Assembly (NCBI GenBank): GCA_963776815.1
Contig: CAVZNZ010000012.1
Span: 865,909-889,908 of the forward strand
Length of the DNA stretch: 24,000 nucleotides
Source: an uncultured Gammaproteobacteria bacterium
GTDB taxonomy: Bacteria; Pseudomonadota; Gammaproteobacteria; Steroidobacterales; Steroidobacteraceae
Direction: 5' to 3'
Under the pieces are notes generated by a model. That model had not been told where the DNA came from. It ran no database searches and saw nothing but the letters and a program-made list of their open reading frames with translations. Below are positions 1 through 8,878 of this stretch, piece after piece. The stretch's first letter is position 1. Each line of letters opens with the position of its first letter. Made by a program: the position numbers and the translations under genes.

Positions 1-332
1 GTGCCGACCCAGACCGTGTTCGGGTCGCGCTGGTCGATGCGCACGGCGCCGATCGACTGCACCGGCTGGTCGTCGAACACGGGCTCGAATGTCGTGCCGC
101 CGTCGGGCGACTTCCAGACGCCGCCGCTCGCAGCGCCCACCCACAGAGTGAGCTTGCCATCCGGCATGTTGATTGCGTCCAGCGACGCGATGCGGCCGCT
201 CATCGCGGCGGAGCCGATGTTTCGCACGCCGAGGCCGGAGATCGTGCTGGCGTCGAACACCGGGGTGGCGGTGTCGGCGAGGGCAGCGGAAGCGGCGAGC
301 AGCGCCACGGTGATCAGGATCTTGCTGGTCAT
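1..332 (-). CDS. BNR/Asp-box (sortilin/VPS10-like) repeat secreted protein, N-terminal 110 codons; the gene continues past the window start
   Basis: Absent from the supplied ORF track because it is open-ended. A reverse-strand ATG at 332 reads MTSKILITVALLAASAALADTATPVFDASTISGLGVRNIGSAAMSGRIASLDAINMPDGKLTLWVGAASGGVWKSPDGGTTFEPVFDDQPVQSIGAVRIDQRDPNTVWVGT with no stop down to base 1. It has a signal peptide and an Asp-box (SPDGGTTF). The start lies 9 nt after the stop of the upstream gene at 342. Confidence 0.6.
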   Translation of the reverse strand, partial: MTSKILITVALLAASAALADTATPVFDASTISGLGVRNIGSAAMSGRIASLDAINMPDGKLTLWVGAASGGVWKSPDGGTTFEPVFDDQPVQSIGAVRIDQRDPNTVWVG

Positions 333-341
333 GGCGCGGCC

Positions 342-1083
342 TCAGTTCTTTGCCGTGACGGGAAACGAGAAGTAACCGGGGTCGAACTGCACGTTCACCT
401 CGACCTTGTCGTACTGGACCTTCGCCGGGTCGCTGTCGCCCTTGCGGCCGCTCGTGAGCGCGAGCGGCCAGTACACGCCCGCGACCTTCTCGTACTCGCC
501 GAGGTCCGTGACGATCGTGCGCTTCACGCCGCGCACCGTGCGCTGGCTCTCGATGCGGATCTCGAGGAAATAATCCGGGTCGAGGTAGACGTAACGCACG
601 TCACCCGACTTGCCGGTCAGCTTCAGCTTGTGCGCGGCCGTGCCGTCGATGTCCTCGGTGCCGAGGTACTCGAGCTCGTCGCCGCGCTGCCGGTAGCCGG
701 GCAGCGGGCCGCCGATCTCTGCGTTCTCGATCAGGCCCTTCAGGTCGTCTGCCGGCATCCTCTCGGGATCCTTGCGGCCGCTGAACGGGTCGATTTTCCA
801 GCCCTCCTTGCCGTCGTACGCCTCGACCTGCGTGAGCCCCTGCAGGCTGGCCTCCTCGCGAATCGAGCCGGGTCGCTGGCTCGCATCCATGATCGCGAGC
901 ACGAACTGCCCGCCGTTGATCGAGAGCTTGCCGCTGCGGCGTACGCTCTGCACCGCGTCTAGCGCTGCTGCGCCGCCCTTGGCCTCGATGTTCTTCGCCG
1001 CGAGTTCCTCGGCGGTGAATTGCCTGCGCCTGCGCGGCCACGCCGAGCAGCAGTGCGCACAAGGTCAGTTGCGTGCGAGTCAT
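342..1083 (-). CDS. LolA-like outer-membrane lipoprotein-sorting family protein, with an apparent +1 frame change between signal peptide and mature domain
   Basis: The 203-aa ORF 342..953 (…GKEGWKIDPFSGRKDPERMPADDLKGL…VYWPLALTS…) resembles LolA-like sorting proteins. The ATG at 1083 encodes the signal peptide MTRTQLTLCALLLGVAAQAQA in a different frame. Reading FTAEELAAKNIEAKGGAAALDAVQSVRR joins the two if one base is dropped at GCAATTC (1017-1022). Confidence 0.6.
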
Positions 1084-1254
1084 GGACGCTCCATTTGGCG
1101 ATGAACGGTATCGCGCCTGAGACGGGTAGGGTCCACATGGCGCGAGACGCGAGACTAACATCCGGTATGCGCATCGTCCTCTCGAACCGTCATTTCTGGC
1201 TGTTCATCGCCGCCTGTGGCGTCTCGCTGGGCGTGCTTCAGGGTGCAGCACCCT

Positions 1255-2895
1255 TCACCATGACCAGTCGCGGCTCGACTCCCGGCAGCCGCCGCCGTCC
1301 CGTCCTGTCCAGGCCCGGCCGCGGACGAACCGGCCGGGTTTCGCGCCAGTCGGCACGCCGGCCTTCAGTGCCAGCGTGCCGTTGACCAGCACTTCGGAGA
1401 CTCCGGTCGAGTACTGGTGCGGCTTCTCGAACGTCGCGTGGTCCTGGATCGTCTTCGGGTCGAGCACGACGACGTCGGCGAAATAGCCCTTTTTCAGCTG
1501 CCCGCGGTCGGCGAGCGACAGGTTCTGCGCAGGCAGCGCGCTCAGGCGCCGCACCGCTTCCTCGAGCGTGATGACGCCTTCGTCGCGGACATAGCGGGCC
1601 AGCACGCGCGAGAAATTGCCGTAGGCGCGTGGATGCGGATTCGACAGCAGGAACACGCCCTCGGGCGCCATCGCCTCGGCGTCCGAGCCGAAGCTCATCC
1701 AGGGCAGCGCGACCTGCCGGCGCACGTTGTCCTCGGACATCAGCATGTACGCCGTGCCGACGCGCGAGCCGTCCTCGATCACGAGGTCGATCGCCGCGTC
1801 CTCGGGCGATACGCCGCGTTCCTTCGCCACCGACGCGAGCGTGCGGCCCGTGAGCGGCTTCAGCTTCGGGTTCTTGAAGCTGAGCAGCAGCGTCTGGTCC
1901 GCGCCGGCGTGGCCCAGCAGGTTTTCCCAGTCGGGCGACGGGTTGCGCATCTCGGCGATTACGCGCGCGCGGATCGCAGGGTCCTTCAGCCGCTCGATCC
2001 ACGCCTCGAGGCCGCCATCCTGCACCCAGGTCGGCATCGCGGCATTGAGGCCGGTGGCGCCGCCGACGTACGTGTACATGTCGGCGCTGATGCGCACGCC
2101 CGAGCGGCGTGCCTGCTCGATCATCGCGACGACCTGGTCGAGCTTGTTCCAGTTGGCGCGCCCGGCGAGCTTCAGGTGGTAGATCTCGGCCGGCGCGCCC
2201 GAGGCGCGCGCGATGTCGATGGTCTCCTGCACCGACTCGACGAGCCGGTCGCCTTCGCTGCGCATGTGCGTGATGTACATGCCGCCGCAGCGCCCGGCCT
2301 CCGTGACCAGCGCGATCAGCTCCGGCGTCTTCGCGTAGGTCGCGGGCGCGTAGATCAGCGACGAGCCCACGCCGAGCGCGCCTTCCTCCATCGCCCGGCG
2401 CACCAGGCCCTGCATCTCGGCGAGCTGCTCCGGCGTGGGCTGCACGTCCTTCTCGCCGAGCACGTACTCGCGCACCGTGGTCGCACCGACGAACGAGGCC
2501 ACGTTCTGCGCCACGCCGCGCGCCTCGAGCTTCGCCAGGTACTCGCCGAGCGTCGTCCAGTCGACCGGGTAATGCACGTCGACCTGGCGCCGGACCGCGA
2601 GCTCGCGCATGCGCTCGTTCAGCGGCCCCATCGACCAGCCTTCGCCCATCACCTGCAGCGTGACGCCCTGGCGCAGCTCGCTCTGGCCCAGTCCGTCCTG
2701 GATCAGCGATTCGTTGGACCAGGAGAGCATGTTGACGAAGCCTGGCGTCACGGCCTTGCCGCGGGCGTCGATTTCCGTGCGCCCGCGCGAGCCGCGCGGC
2801 TTGCCGACGTACGTGATCCGGTCGCCGTCGATCGCGACTTCGCCGGCGTAGGGCTTGCCGCCGCTGCCGTCGTAGATCGTGCCGCCCCGGATCAC
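1255..2895 (-). CDS. N-acyl-D-amino-acid deacylase (D-aminoacylase) family amidohydrolase
   Basis: The 546-aa ORF reads IRGGTIYDGSGG…DGDRI…GKAVTPGFVNMLSWSNESLIQDG…GVTLQVMGEGWSMGPL…YTHMRSEGD…, typical of the D-aminoacylase-like amidohydrolase subfamily. Upstream in the same frame is a signal-like segment (RNRASALCTTGIAVIALLAADPAGSA) with no canonical start codon. The ATG at 3005 is 1 nt out of frame, so the true N-terminus probably extends to about 3005. Confidence 0.8.
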   Translation of the reverse strand: MIRGGTIYDGSGGKPYAGEVAIDGDRITYVGKPRGSRGRTEIDARGKAVTPGFVNMLSWSNESLIQDGLGQSELRQGVTLQVMGEGWSMGPLNERMRELAVRRQVDVHYPVDWTTLGEYLAKLEARGVAQNVASFVGATTVREYVLGEKDVQPTPEQLAEMQGLVRRAMEEGALGVGSSLIYAPATYAKTPELIALVTEAGRCGGMYITHMRSEGDRLVESVQETIDIARASGAPAEIYHLKLAGRANWNKLDQVVAMIEQARRSGVRISADMYTYVGGATGLNAAMPTWVQDGGLEAWIERLKDPAIRARVIAEMRNPSPDWENLLGHAGADQTLLLSFKNPKLKPLTGRTLASVAKERGVSPEDAAIDLVIEDGSRVGTAYMLMSEDNVRRQVALPWMSFGSDAEAMAPEGVFLLSNPHPRAYGNFSRVLARYVRDEGVITLEEAVRRLSALPAQNLSLADRGQLKKGYFADVVVLDPKTIQDHATFEKPHQYSTGVSEVLVNGTLALKAGVPTGAKPGRFVRGRAWTGRDGGGCRESSRDWSW

Positions 2896-3061
2896 GACGT
2901 CGTGGCGCGTGGCCGAGCCTGCCGGATCGGCCGCCAGCAGCGCGATGACGGCGATGCCGGTCGTGCAAAGCGCCGAGGCGCGGTTGCGATCTGAGTGGCA
3001 GCATGGAATTCCCGCGCTCGCGTGGACTGGATCGCCGGATGATAGCGGCTAGACTCCACGC

Positions 3062-3067
3062 AGGAGG
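3062..3067 (+). promoter_or_regulatory. Shine-Dalgarno site for the AlaX-like gene
   Basis: AGGAGG lies 8 nt upstream of the ATG at 3076. This supports that ATG as the true start, and therefore supports the downstream frame change. Confidence 0.6.
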
Positions 3068-3075
3068 ACCCTTCG

Positions 3076-3784
3076 ATGGCCGTGACCGAACCGCTTTTCC
3101 AGCAGGACGCCTACCTTCGCGAATGCAGGGCGCGCGTGATCGAAGTACTCGGCCGAGGGAGTGGTGCTCGACCGCACGGTCTTCTATCCGCTCGGCGGCG
3201 GGCAGCCCGGTGACACCGGTGCGCTTCGATCCACCGATGGGCGCGAATGGCGGGTGCAGGACGCCCGCAAAGGGGAGGGCGGTCGCATCGTGCACGTGCT
3301 TGCCGCCGGCGACCCGCCGCCCGAGGTCGGGGCGGAGGTGGAGGCGCGGCTCGACTGGGAGCGGCGGCACGCGCACATGCGCATGCACAGCTGCCTGCAC
3401 CTGCTCGGGTCGGTGCTGCGGTTCGGCGTCACCGGGGGCCAGATCACCGCGGACAAGGGCCGGCTCGATTTCGACACCCAGGAGGAGATCGACCCGGTCC
3501 AGGTGACCGCCGCGGTCAATGCGCTGGTCGAGGCCGACCACCCCACCCGGTCGACCTGGATCACCGACGAGGAACTCGACCGCCAGCCCGGGCTCGTCAG
3601 GACCATGTCAGTGCAGCCGCCCCGCGGGGCCGGCCGGATCCGCCTGCTGGAGATCCCCGGTGTGGACCTGCAGCCCTGCGGCGGGACGCACGTCGCCCGG
3701 ACCGGCGAAATCGGCCGGGTCGCGGTGACCCGCGTCGAAAACAAGGGGCGGCACAACCGGCGGGTATACGTAGCCTTCGCCTGA
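3076..3784 (+). CDS. AlaX-type alanyl-tRNA editing protein (mischarged tRNA-Ala deacylase), with one apparent +1 frame change near codon 27
   Basis: The ATG at 3076 gives MAVTEPLFQQDAYLRECRARVIEVLGRG. The ORF 3161..3784 then continues VVLDRTVFYPLGGGQPGDTG…, with the zinc motifs HSCLH and CGGTH. The two parts are offset by one base at GAGGGAG (3155-3160). Confidence 0.8.
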
Positions 3785-3885
3785 CCCCCACTGGTCCGGG
3801 GGCCGGGGGCAAACGGGCGGCCAATGCGCTACCATTCCCCGTTCCAACCGATGATCCGCGGGCTGCGGGACTGGACAAGGCGGGA

Positions 3886-4488
3886 ATGGCGCCCGGCACG
3901 GCATCAGGACAACGCAGGGGCGTGGCGACGATCAGGGGCGCGGACTTCACGACGGTGCCGAACCTGGTCTCCCTCGCGCGCATCGTCGGCGTGTCCGCCG
4001 CGGTCCTGCTCTATTTCGCCGGCTATCCGCGGGTGACCGTGGTGCTCGGCACGCTGGCATGCCTGACCGACCACCTGGACGGTTACCTCGCCCGCCGCCT
4101 CAACCAGGAGACCGCATTGGGAGCGATGCTGGACCAGGCCGCCGACAGCTTCACGACCGCGATCGCGCTCGCGATGCTGGTGATCGCCGGCGGCTTTCCG
4201 TTCGTCTTCCTGCTGGTGTTCCTGGCTCGCGAGTTCTGGGTGGCCACGGTCCGGCGTTTCGCGGCCATGGGCGGCGTGGAGATCCCGTCGCACGGTTCCG
4301 GCAAGTTCGCCACCGCATTCATCTACTGGGCGCTGCTGCTGATGGCGGTCGCCCTGATGCTCGACGTGCCTGAGACGACCGCGGCCTGGCTGAAGCCACT
4401 GGCGTTCGCGAGCATGGGCGCCGGCCTGCTGCTCAGCTGCCTGGCCGGGTGGCGCTATACGCGCGTGCTCGTCGGGAGTGCGGCATGA
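3886..4488 (+). CDS. CDP-alcohol phosphatidyltransferase, PgsA-like
   Basis: This is the C-terminal 200 aa of ORF 3247..4488, starting from the ATG at 3886. It has the full motif D-x2-DG-x2-AR-x8-G-x3-D-x3-D (DHLDGYLARRLNQETALGAMLDQAAD). It contains several hydrophobic helices. The preceding part of the ORF is Arg/Gly/Pro-rich junk that overlaps the AlaX gene. Confidence 0.8.
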   Translation: MAPGTASGQRRGVATIRGADFTTVPNLVSLARIVGVSAAVLLYFAGYPRVTVVLGTLACLTDHLDGYLARRLNQETALGAMLDQAADSFTTAIALAMLVIAGGFPFVFLLVFLAREFWVATVRRFAAMGGVEIPSHGSGKFATAFIYWALLLMAVALMLDVPETTAAWLKPLAFASMGAGLLLSCLAGWRYTRVLVGSAA

Positions 4489-5633
4489 CGTCGCCGGTCG
4501 TTCGGGCGCGGACCGACGTGCTGCTTTGTCCCGGGCCGGTGATGCTGTCGCCCGGAGTCAGGAAGGCGCTCGGCCAGTGCGACGTCGGCCATCGCGACGC
4601 ACGCTTCTCGCAGATCGTTTCCCGGCTGCGCCGCAACTGCGCGACGATGCTGGGCGCCGGCAGCGAGCACAGCGTGCTGTTCATCACCGGTCCGGCGACG
4701 GCGGGCATCGAGGCCACGTGCGCGTCGCTGTTCCCGGAGGACGGGACGGTCGTCGTCCCGGTGAACGGCGCGTTCGGGGAGCGCATCCTGCAGATCCTCG
4801 CGGTGCATGGCATACCGTCGCTGCCGGTCGATTTCGGGTTCGGGCAGCCATTCGACCTCGCGCGGATCGAGTCGGCGCTCGCAACGAGCGGGGCAATGCG
4901 GGTTTCGGCCGTCGCGATGACGCACCACGAGACGTCATGCGGGCTGGTGAATCCCGTGGCAGCCGTCTGCGAGATTGCGAAGCGCCACGGCCTGCGCACG
5001 TTCGTCGATGCGACATCGAGCGCCGGGGCCGAGGACCTGCACGTGACCCGGGACCGCATCGACGTCTGCGTCACGTCGTCCGGCAAGTGCCTGCACGGCG
5101 CGCCGGGCATCGCGCTCGTCTGCGTGCGGCGCGACTGGCTCGCCGAGAGGACGGACGCCCGCCCGCGGACGTTCTCGCTCGACCTGCGCCGCTATCACGA
5201 CCAGCTCGAGCTGAACTCGCAGACGCCGTTCACGCCCGCGGTGCCCGCCTTCCTCGCGCTGGATCGCGCGATCGAGGAGTTGCTCGAGCAGGGTGGCGTC
5301 GCCGAGCGCCGCCGCCAGTACCTGCGGCGCCGTTCGTACCTCGCCCAGGGGCTCGCGCGGCTCGGCCTGTCGCTGCTGCGACTGCCCGCGGGCAGCGAGG
5401 CGTGCTCGATACTCACGGTCACCGTCCCGGCATCGCTCGAGTTCGCGGACCTGTACGCCCGGATGCGCGAGCGCGGCTACGTGATCTACGGCGCGAAGGC
5501 GCCGCTGGCGCCGCGATATTTCCAGCTTGCGGTGATGGGCGACCTGACCGATGCCGACCTCGCCGGGTTCCTGGCGGCGCTCGAGTCGGTGTTGTCAGGC
5601 CCGGCGACGCATTACCGCGCCGCGACGGCGTAG
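4485..5633 (+). CDS. Class V (fold type I) aminotransferase, similar to 2-aminoethylphosphonate:pyruvate and serine:pyruvate transaminases
   Basis: The ATG at 4485 overlaps the previous stop (ATGA). The sequence contains LLCPGPVMLSPGVRKAL, HRDARF, AMTHHETSCG, DATSS and the PLP-lysine context SSGKCLHGAPG. It is 382 aa with no frame breaks. Confidence 0.8.
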   Translation: MTSPVVRARTDVLLCPGPVMLSPGVRKALGQCDVGHRDARFSQIVSRLRRNCATMLGAGSEHSVLFITGPATAGIEATCASLFPEDGTVVVPVNGAFGERILQILAVHGIPSLPVDFGFGQPFDLARIESALATSGAMRVSAVAMTHHETSCGLVNPVAAVCEIAKRHGLRTFVDATSSAGAEDLHVTRDRIDVCVTSSGKCLHGAPGIALVCVRRDWLAERTDARPRTFSLDLRRYHDQLELNSQTPFTPAVPAFLALDRAIEELLEQGGVAERRRQYLRRRSYLAQGLARLGLSLLRLPAGSEACSILTVTVPASLEFADLYARMRERGYVIYGAKAPLAPRYFQLAVMGDLTDADLAGFLAALESVLSGPATHYRAATA

Positions 5634-5676
5634 CCGGCGCGCGAGCCCGGGCGCCAGGCAGCAAGCGGCGAACGCA

Positions 5677-6162
5677 GTGTTCGACCTGGCCATCAACTCC
5701 AACGTCTTCCGCAACTGGCGGCACTGCCTCGCGTTCGGCTTCGGCAGCGGGCTCGCGAAATACGCCCCGGGTACTTTCGGCACGCTCGTCGCGATACCGC
5801 TCTATCTCGCGATCAGCGCGCTGCCGGCCTGGCTCTATGCCGTGACCGTCGTCGCCGCGTTCGCGCTCGGCGTGTGGATCTGCGACACGGTGTCGCGTGA
5901 CCTCGGGGTGCACGACCACGGCGGCATCGTGTTCGACGAGTTCGTCGGCTTCTGGATAACGATGTTCCTGGTGCCGCCGAGCGCGCTCGCGGTACTCGCG
6001 GGATTCGCTCTGTTCCGGCTGTTCGACATCTGGAAGCCGGGTCCGATCCGCTGGTGCGACCGCAACGTGCAGGGCGGATTCGGCATCATGGTGGACGACG
6101 TCGTTGCCGGCGTGGTCGCGTGCGCGGCGTTGCACCTGCTGCTGCGGGTGGTGGGCGCGTAG
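5677..6162 (+). CDS. pgpA: Phosphatidylglycerophosphatase A
   Basis: The sequence contains LAFGFGSGLAKYAPGTFGTL…VHDHGGIVFDEFVGFW…FRLFDIWKPGPIRW…GGFGIMVDDVVAG, which is collinear with E. coli PgpA. The start is taken at the GTG at 5677 to give about 161 aa. The start is less certain than the gene identity. Confidence 0.85.
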   Translation: MFDLAINSNVFRNWRHCLAFGFGSGLAKYAPGTFGTLVAIPLYLAISALPAWLYAVTVVAAFALGVWICDTVSRDLGVHDHGGIVFDEFVGFWITMFLVPPSALAVLAGFALFRLFDIWKPGPIRWCDRNVQGGFGIMVDDVVAGVVACAALHLLLRVVGA

Positions 6163-6164
6163 AC

Positions 6165-7025
6165 GTGGCGAGACTCGGGCTGCCTGCAGCGCTCGCGCTG
6201 GCCATCGTGTCCGCGATCGTGGCGCTCCTGCTGCTGCCACGAGGCCACCACGCATCGCCGACCGAACTGGCGTTCGTTGCGGTGGCCGTACCCGCGCTGC
6301 TCGCGCCGCTGTTCTGGCCGCGCGAGTGCCCGTCTGTCCGCAGGTTGCTGGTCTCGGCGCTCGGTCCGGTCGCCGCATTCGTGGTGACGTGCTGCGTGCT
6401 GCGGGTCCTGCACGGCGCCGTTGCGCTGCAGGGCGTCGTGCTCGCGGGACTCGTCGCGGTGCTGATGCTGGCCGTGCTGCACCAGCTCGCCGCCTTGATC
6501 GAGCCTGTCGTCCGGCGCCTGGGGGCGAGCGAGTCGTCGGCCCGCGAGTGGTCGCTGTGGAGCGTGACGGCACTGCTGTGGCTGGCCGCGGCCGCGCCTG
6601 CCTGGCTCGGTCCCGCGGCCGACCTCGGTGCCAGGACTGACCCGCGGTGGCCGTCGTTCGTGCTCGGGTCGAGCCCGCTCGCGCACCTGGCGTCGGCTTC
6701 CGGCTACGACGTGCTGCGTGGCCAGTGGTTCTATGCGCACTCGAGTCTCGGCGCGCTGCAGGTCGACTATCCGCGCGTCGCGACGCTGCTGATCGCCTAC
6801 GCGCTCGCACTGGTGGCGCTCACTCTGCTGGGTCGCGCCGAAGCTGCGCATGCTGCGTGCGCTGGCGCTGCTGGCCGTGCTCGGTGCAGCGAGTCATGCC
6901 GCGCACTCTGCGACCCCGCTCGATCTGGAAGTGGTGCCAGCCTGGGACGGCTGGACTCGTCCCGGGCGCATCACCGAACTCGATATCCGGCTGCGCTCGC
7001 AAGCAGCGGGATGCCGTGCGGGTGA
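6165..7025 (+). CDS. Polytopic membrane protein of unknown function; the 3' end is uncertain, and it may end near 6849 or be fused to the next ORF
   Basis: The GTG at 6165 lies 2 nt after the pgpA stop. About six hydrophobic segments are present (LPAALALAIVSAIVALLLL, FVAVAVPALLAPLF, GVVLAGLVAVLMLAVL, WSVTALLWLAAAAPAWL, TLLIAYALALVALTLL). After about 6845 the frame reads like an off-frame shadow (Arg/Ser/Cys-rich) of the next gene. Confidence 0.45.
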   Translation: MARLGLPAALALAIVSAIVALLLLPRGHHASPTELAFVAVAVPALLAPLFWPRECPSVRRLLVSALGPVAAFVVTCCVLRVLHGAVALQGVVLAGLVAVLMLAVLHQLAALIEPVVRRLGASESSAREWSLWSVTALLWLAAAAPAWLGPAADLGARTDPRWPSFVLGSSPLAHLASASGYDVLRGQWFYAHSSLGALQVDYPRVATLLIAYALALVALTLLGRAEAAHAACAGAAGRARCSESCRALCDPARSGSGASLGRLDSSRAHHRTRYPAALASSGMPCG

Positions 7026-8327
7026 CGCTGAACTCGGGTTCGAGCAGGGTTCGGACGGTCGTGCAGCTGGAGCCGGGACAGCAATCGAGCAGCGTGATTC
7101 CGGTGCGGGCGGCCGAGGTGATCGGTGTCGGGGTGGGCCGTGCTCGCGACTTGAATGCGTCACGTACAGTCCGTCTTGCGCTGTCCGAATCGCCATTGCT
7201 GGCGTGGGCCGCGGGCGTGCCGGCCCCTGGCGAGCTCGCCGGATTCCACACGGTGATGCTCGAGCCGGGCCAGCTGCCGCGCACCTCGTCGGCATACTCG
7301 AGCATCGACGCACTGGTCATCGACCGCCGTGTCGTGGCCGCTCTCGGTCAGCAGCAACTCGCGGCGCTGCTCGCATACCTGTCGGGTTGCGGCCGCGCCG
7401 TGCTGATCAGTGCTGCGTCGCGCGACGAGGGGCTGTTCCGCTCAGTGGCCGGCTGCGGAGGACGGGGCTTCGCGGTCGCCGCCAATGGACAGCAGGCGCT
7501 GACGCAGCTCGCGGGTATCCTTGCCACACCCTCGGCCGACACGCTGGAGCCCGCGGCGCTCGCATCCGTCATGGGGCCCGACCTGCGCTCGTGGAATCTC
7601 GTCGTGGCGTCGCTCGCGCTGTGCGCGGCCGCAATCGTAATTCTCGGGATCTTCACGTCGTCGCTGCTCGCCGCAGTCGCCTTGCCGGCGCTGCTGGCTG
7701 CTGCTGCGCTCGGGCTGGTGCAGACGAGATCGCCGATGGAACGACTGACGGTCTGGGCGGAAGCGGGTGCGGGCGAGCGGATTGCACAGTATCGCGGGCT
7801 GCAACAGGTGACCGGGCTGCGTCGCGGCCGGGCGGACGTGCGTGTGCTCGACGTGCTCGCGCGGCCAGCCGCCTGCCGCGCAGAAGATCGCGGCCAGTGG
7901 ACCTGGGACGCCGCCGCGCGCCGCTACTCCGGCGTTCACTTCGACAGCCGCCTGTTCGCCGGCGCCACGCTCTGCTATGCGGGCGAGTTTCCGGTAGCTC
8001 GTGAAGCCGCGGTGCATGTGACGCCGCAAGGCCGTTTGCTCCTTGCCAATGAAGGTGCCTCAGGCCTGCCGGCTGGCAAGCTTGCCTGGAACGGCCGGCT
8101 GTTCGAGGTCGATGCGCTCGCCGCGGGGCAGCAGGTCGAACTCGATCCCGGCCCGTGGCTCGATGCCGGCGGACGGTGCGCAAGCACTTGCACTCGCCCG
8201 GACACCGGTCGATGCGCAGGCGGTGCTGTGGCCATTGGAACTGCAGCGTGTTGCCGGTGCGCCCGCGCAGTCACAAGCATGGTTGCTCGTGAGTGCAGCA
8301 CAGGACCGCGCGGCGGTGATTCAGTGA
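6850..8327 (+). pseudogene. Unknown exported or membrane protein of about 490 aa, with a GATase1-like segment and central TM helices; two +1 frame changes as sequenced
   Basis: The ATG at 6850 gives MLRALALLAVLGAASHAAHSATPLDLEVVPAWDGWTRPGRITELDIRLRS. The sequence continues in the frame of ORF 6647..9712 (RDAVRVTLNSG…IDALVIDRRVVAALGQQQLAALLAYLSGCGRAVLI…two TM helices…LFEVDALAAGQQVELDPGPWLDAGG). It ends in the frame of ORF 8043..8327 (GAQALALARTPVDAQAVLWPLELQRV…AAVIQ*). The junctions are at about 7000-7010 and about 8170-8176. Confidence 0.5.
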
Positions 8328-8795
8328 GCACCCGACTCGGTCTCGCGCTGGGTCTGGCACTCGCCGGTGCCGTGGCGGCCTGGTGGCTCATCGCCAGCCG
8401 GATTGCGCTGCAGTCGGGCATCGATGCCGCGCTGCCTGCGGGCCAGGCGCTGCTCGTGCTCGCGGTGACGCGAGGCATGCTGGTCGCGGTGATCGCACCC
8501 AGGATCGCAGCGGTCGGCGGCTACGTCGCCGGGCTGCGTGTGTGCCTGCCGATCGTTGCGCTAGGGTGGCCGCTGGTGGCGCTGTCGTGGGCCGCGAGTT
8601 CGGCCGACACGTTGCGCACATTGTCCGCTGGAGGCTGGCCTGCTTGGGCTCGCGGCGCTGCTGCCGCTCGCCGGGCGTGCGCTGGCGCGACTGATGAAGC
8701 AGGGCCCGGTCACCGAAGCCGTGGCCGCGGCGGTCGGCGTGCTGCTCGCGTGCGGCGTGTGGCTCGTGCTGACGGGGCCGCTGCACGGCTCGTAA
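8324..8795 (+). pseudogene. Small polytopic membrane protein of unknown function, with one +1 frame change
   Basis: The GTG at 8324 overlaps the previous stop (GTGA). It reads VSTRLGLALGLALAGAVAAWWLIASRIALQSG…GWPLVALSWAASSADTLRTL. After about 8615-8630 the hydrophobic sequence continues in the next frame (LEAGLLGLAALLPLAGRALARLMKQGPVTEAVAAAVGVLLACGVWLVLTGPLHGS*) to the TAA at 8793-8795. Confidence 0.45.
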
Positions 8796-8878
8796 GGCAG
8801 GCGTGCGGCGGCAGCGGCGGAATCGTACGATGCCGGAGCCGCGCGCTTGCACGGCGTACGAGGGACGACGCGAGCATC

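Noticed and set aside
1-375. A plus-strand 124-aa ORF at the window start
   Set aside because: It is antisense to a much more convincing signal-peptide and Asp-box ORF on the minus strand (1..332), and it overlaps the LolA-like gene stop.
1238-3541. A 767-aa minus-strand ORF and a 525-aa plus-strand ORF (1417..2994) overlapping the D-aminoacylase gene
   Set aside because: They are Arg/Ala/Pro/Gly-rich and low-complexity with no recognisable motifs. These are typical off-frame or antisense shadows in 70% GC DNA. The 1255..2895 frame carries the real amidohydrolase sequence.
3785-3812. A C5/G5 hairpin after the AlaX stop, as a possible terminator
   Set aside because: It has only a 5-bp stem and a long loop, with no U-tract. 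It cannot be distinguished from background GC-rich self-complementarity.
4485-5633. Interpreting the aminotransferase as PhnW in a phosphonate (2-aminoethylphosphonate) pathway
   Set aside because: No PEP mutase, phosphonopyruvate decarboxylase or cytidylyltransferase gene is present in the window, so the phosphonate reading is unsupported here. It is kept only as an alternative in the operon hypothesis.
5419-6851. Long minus-strand ORFs (463 aa and 338 aa) opposite pgpA and the membrane-protein genes
   Set aside because: Their composition is extremely Arg/Ala/Pro-rich and they have no motifs. The plus strand carries clear PgpA and TM-helix coding signal.
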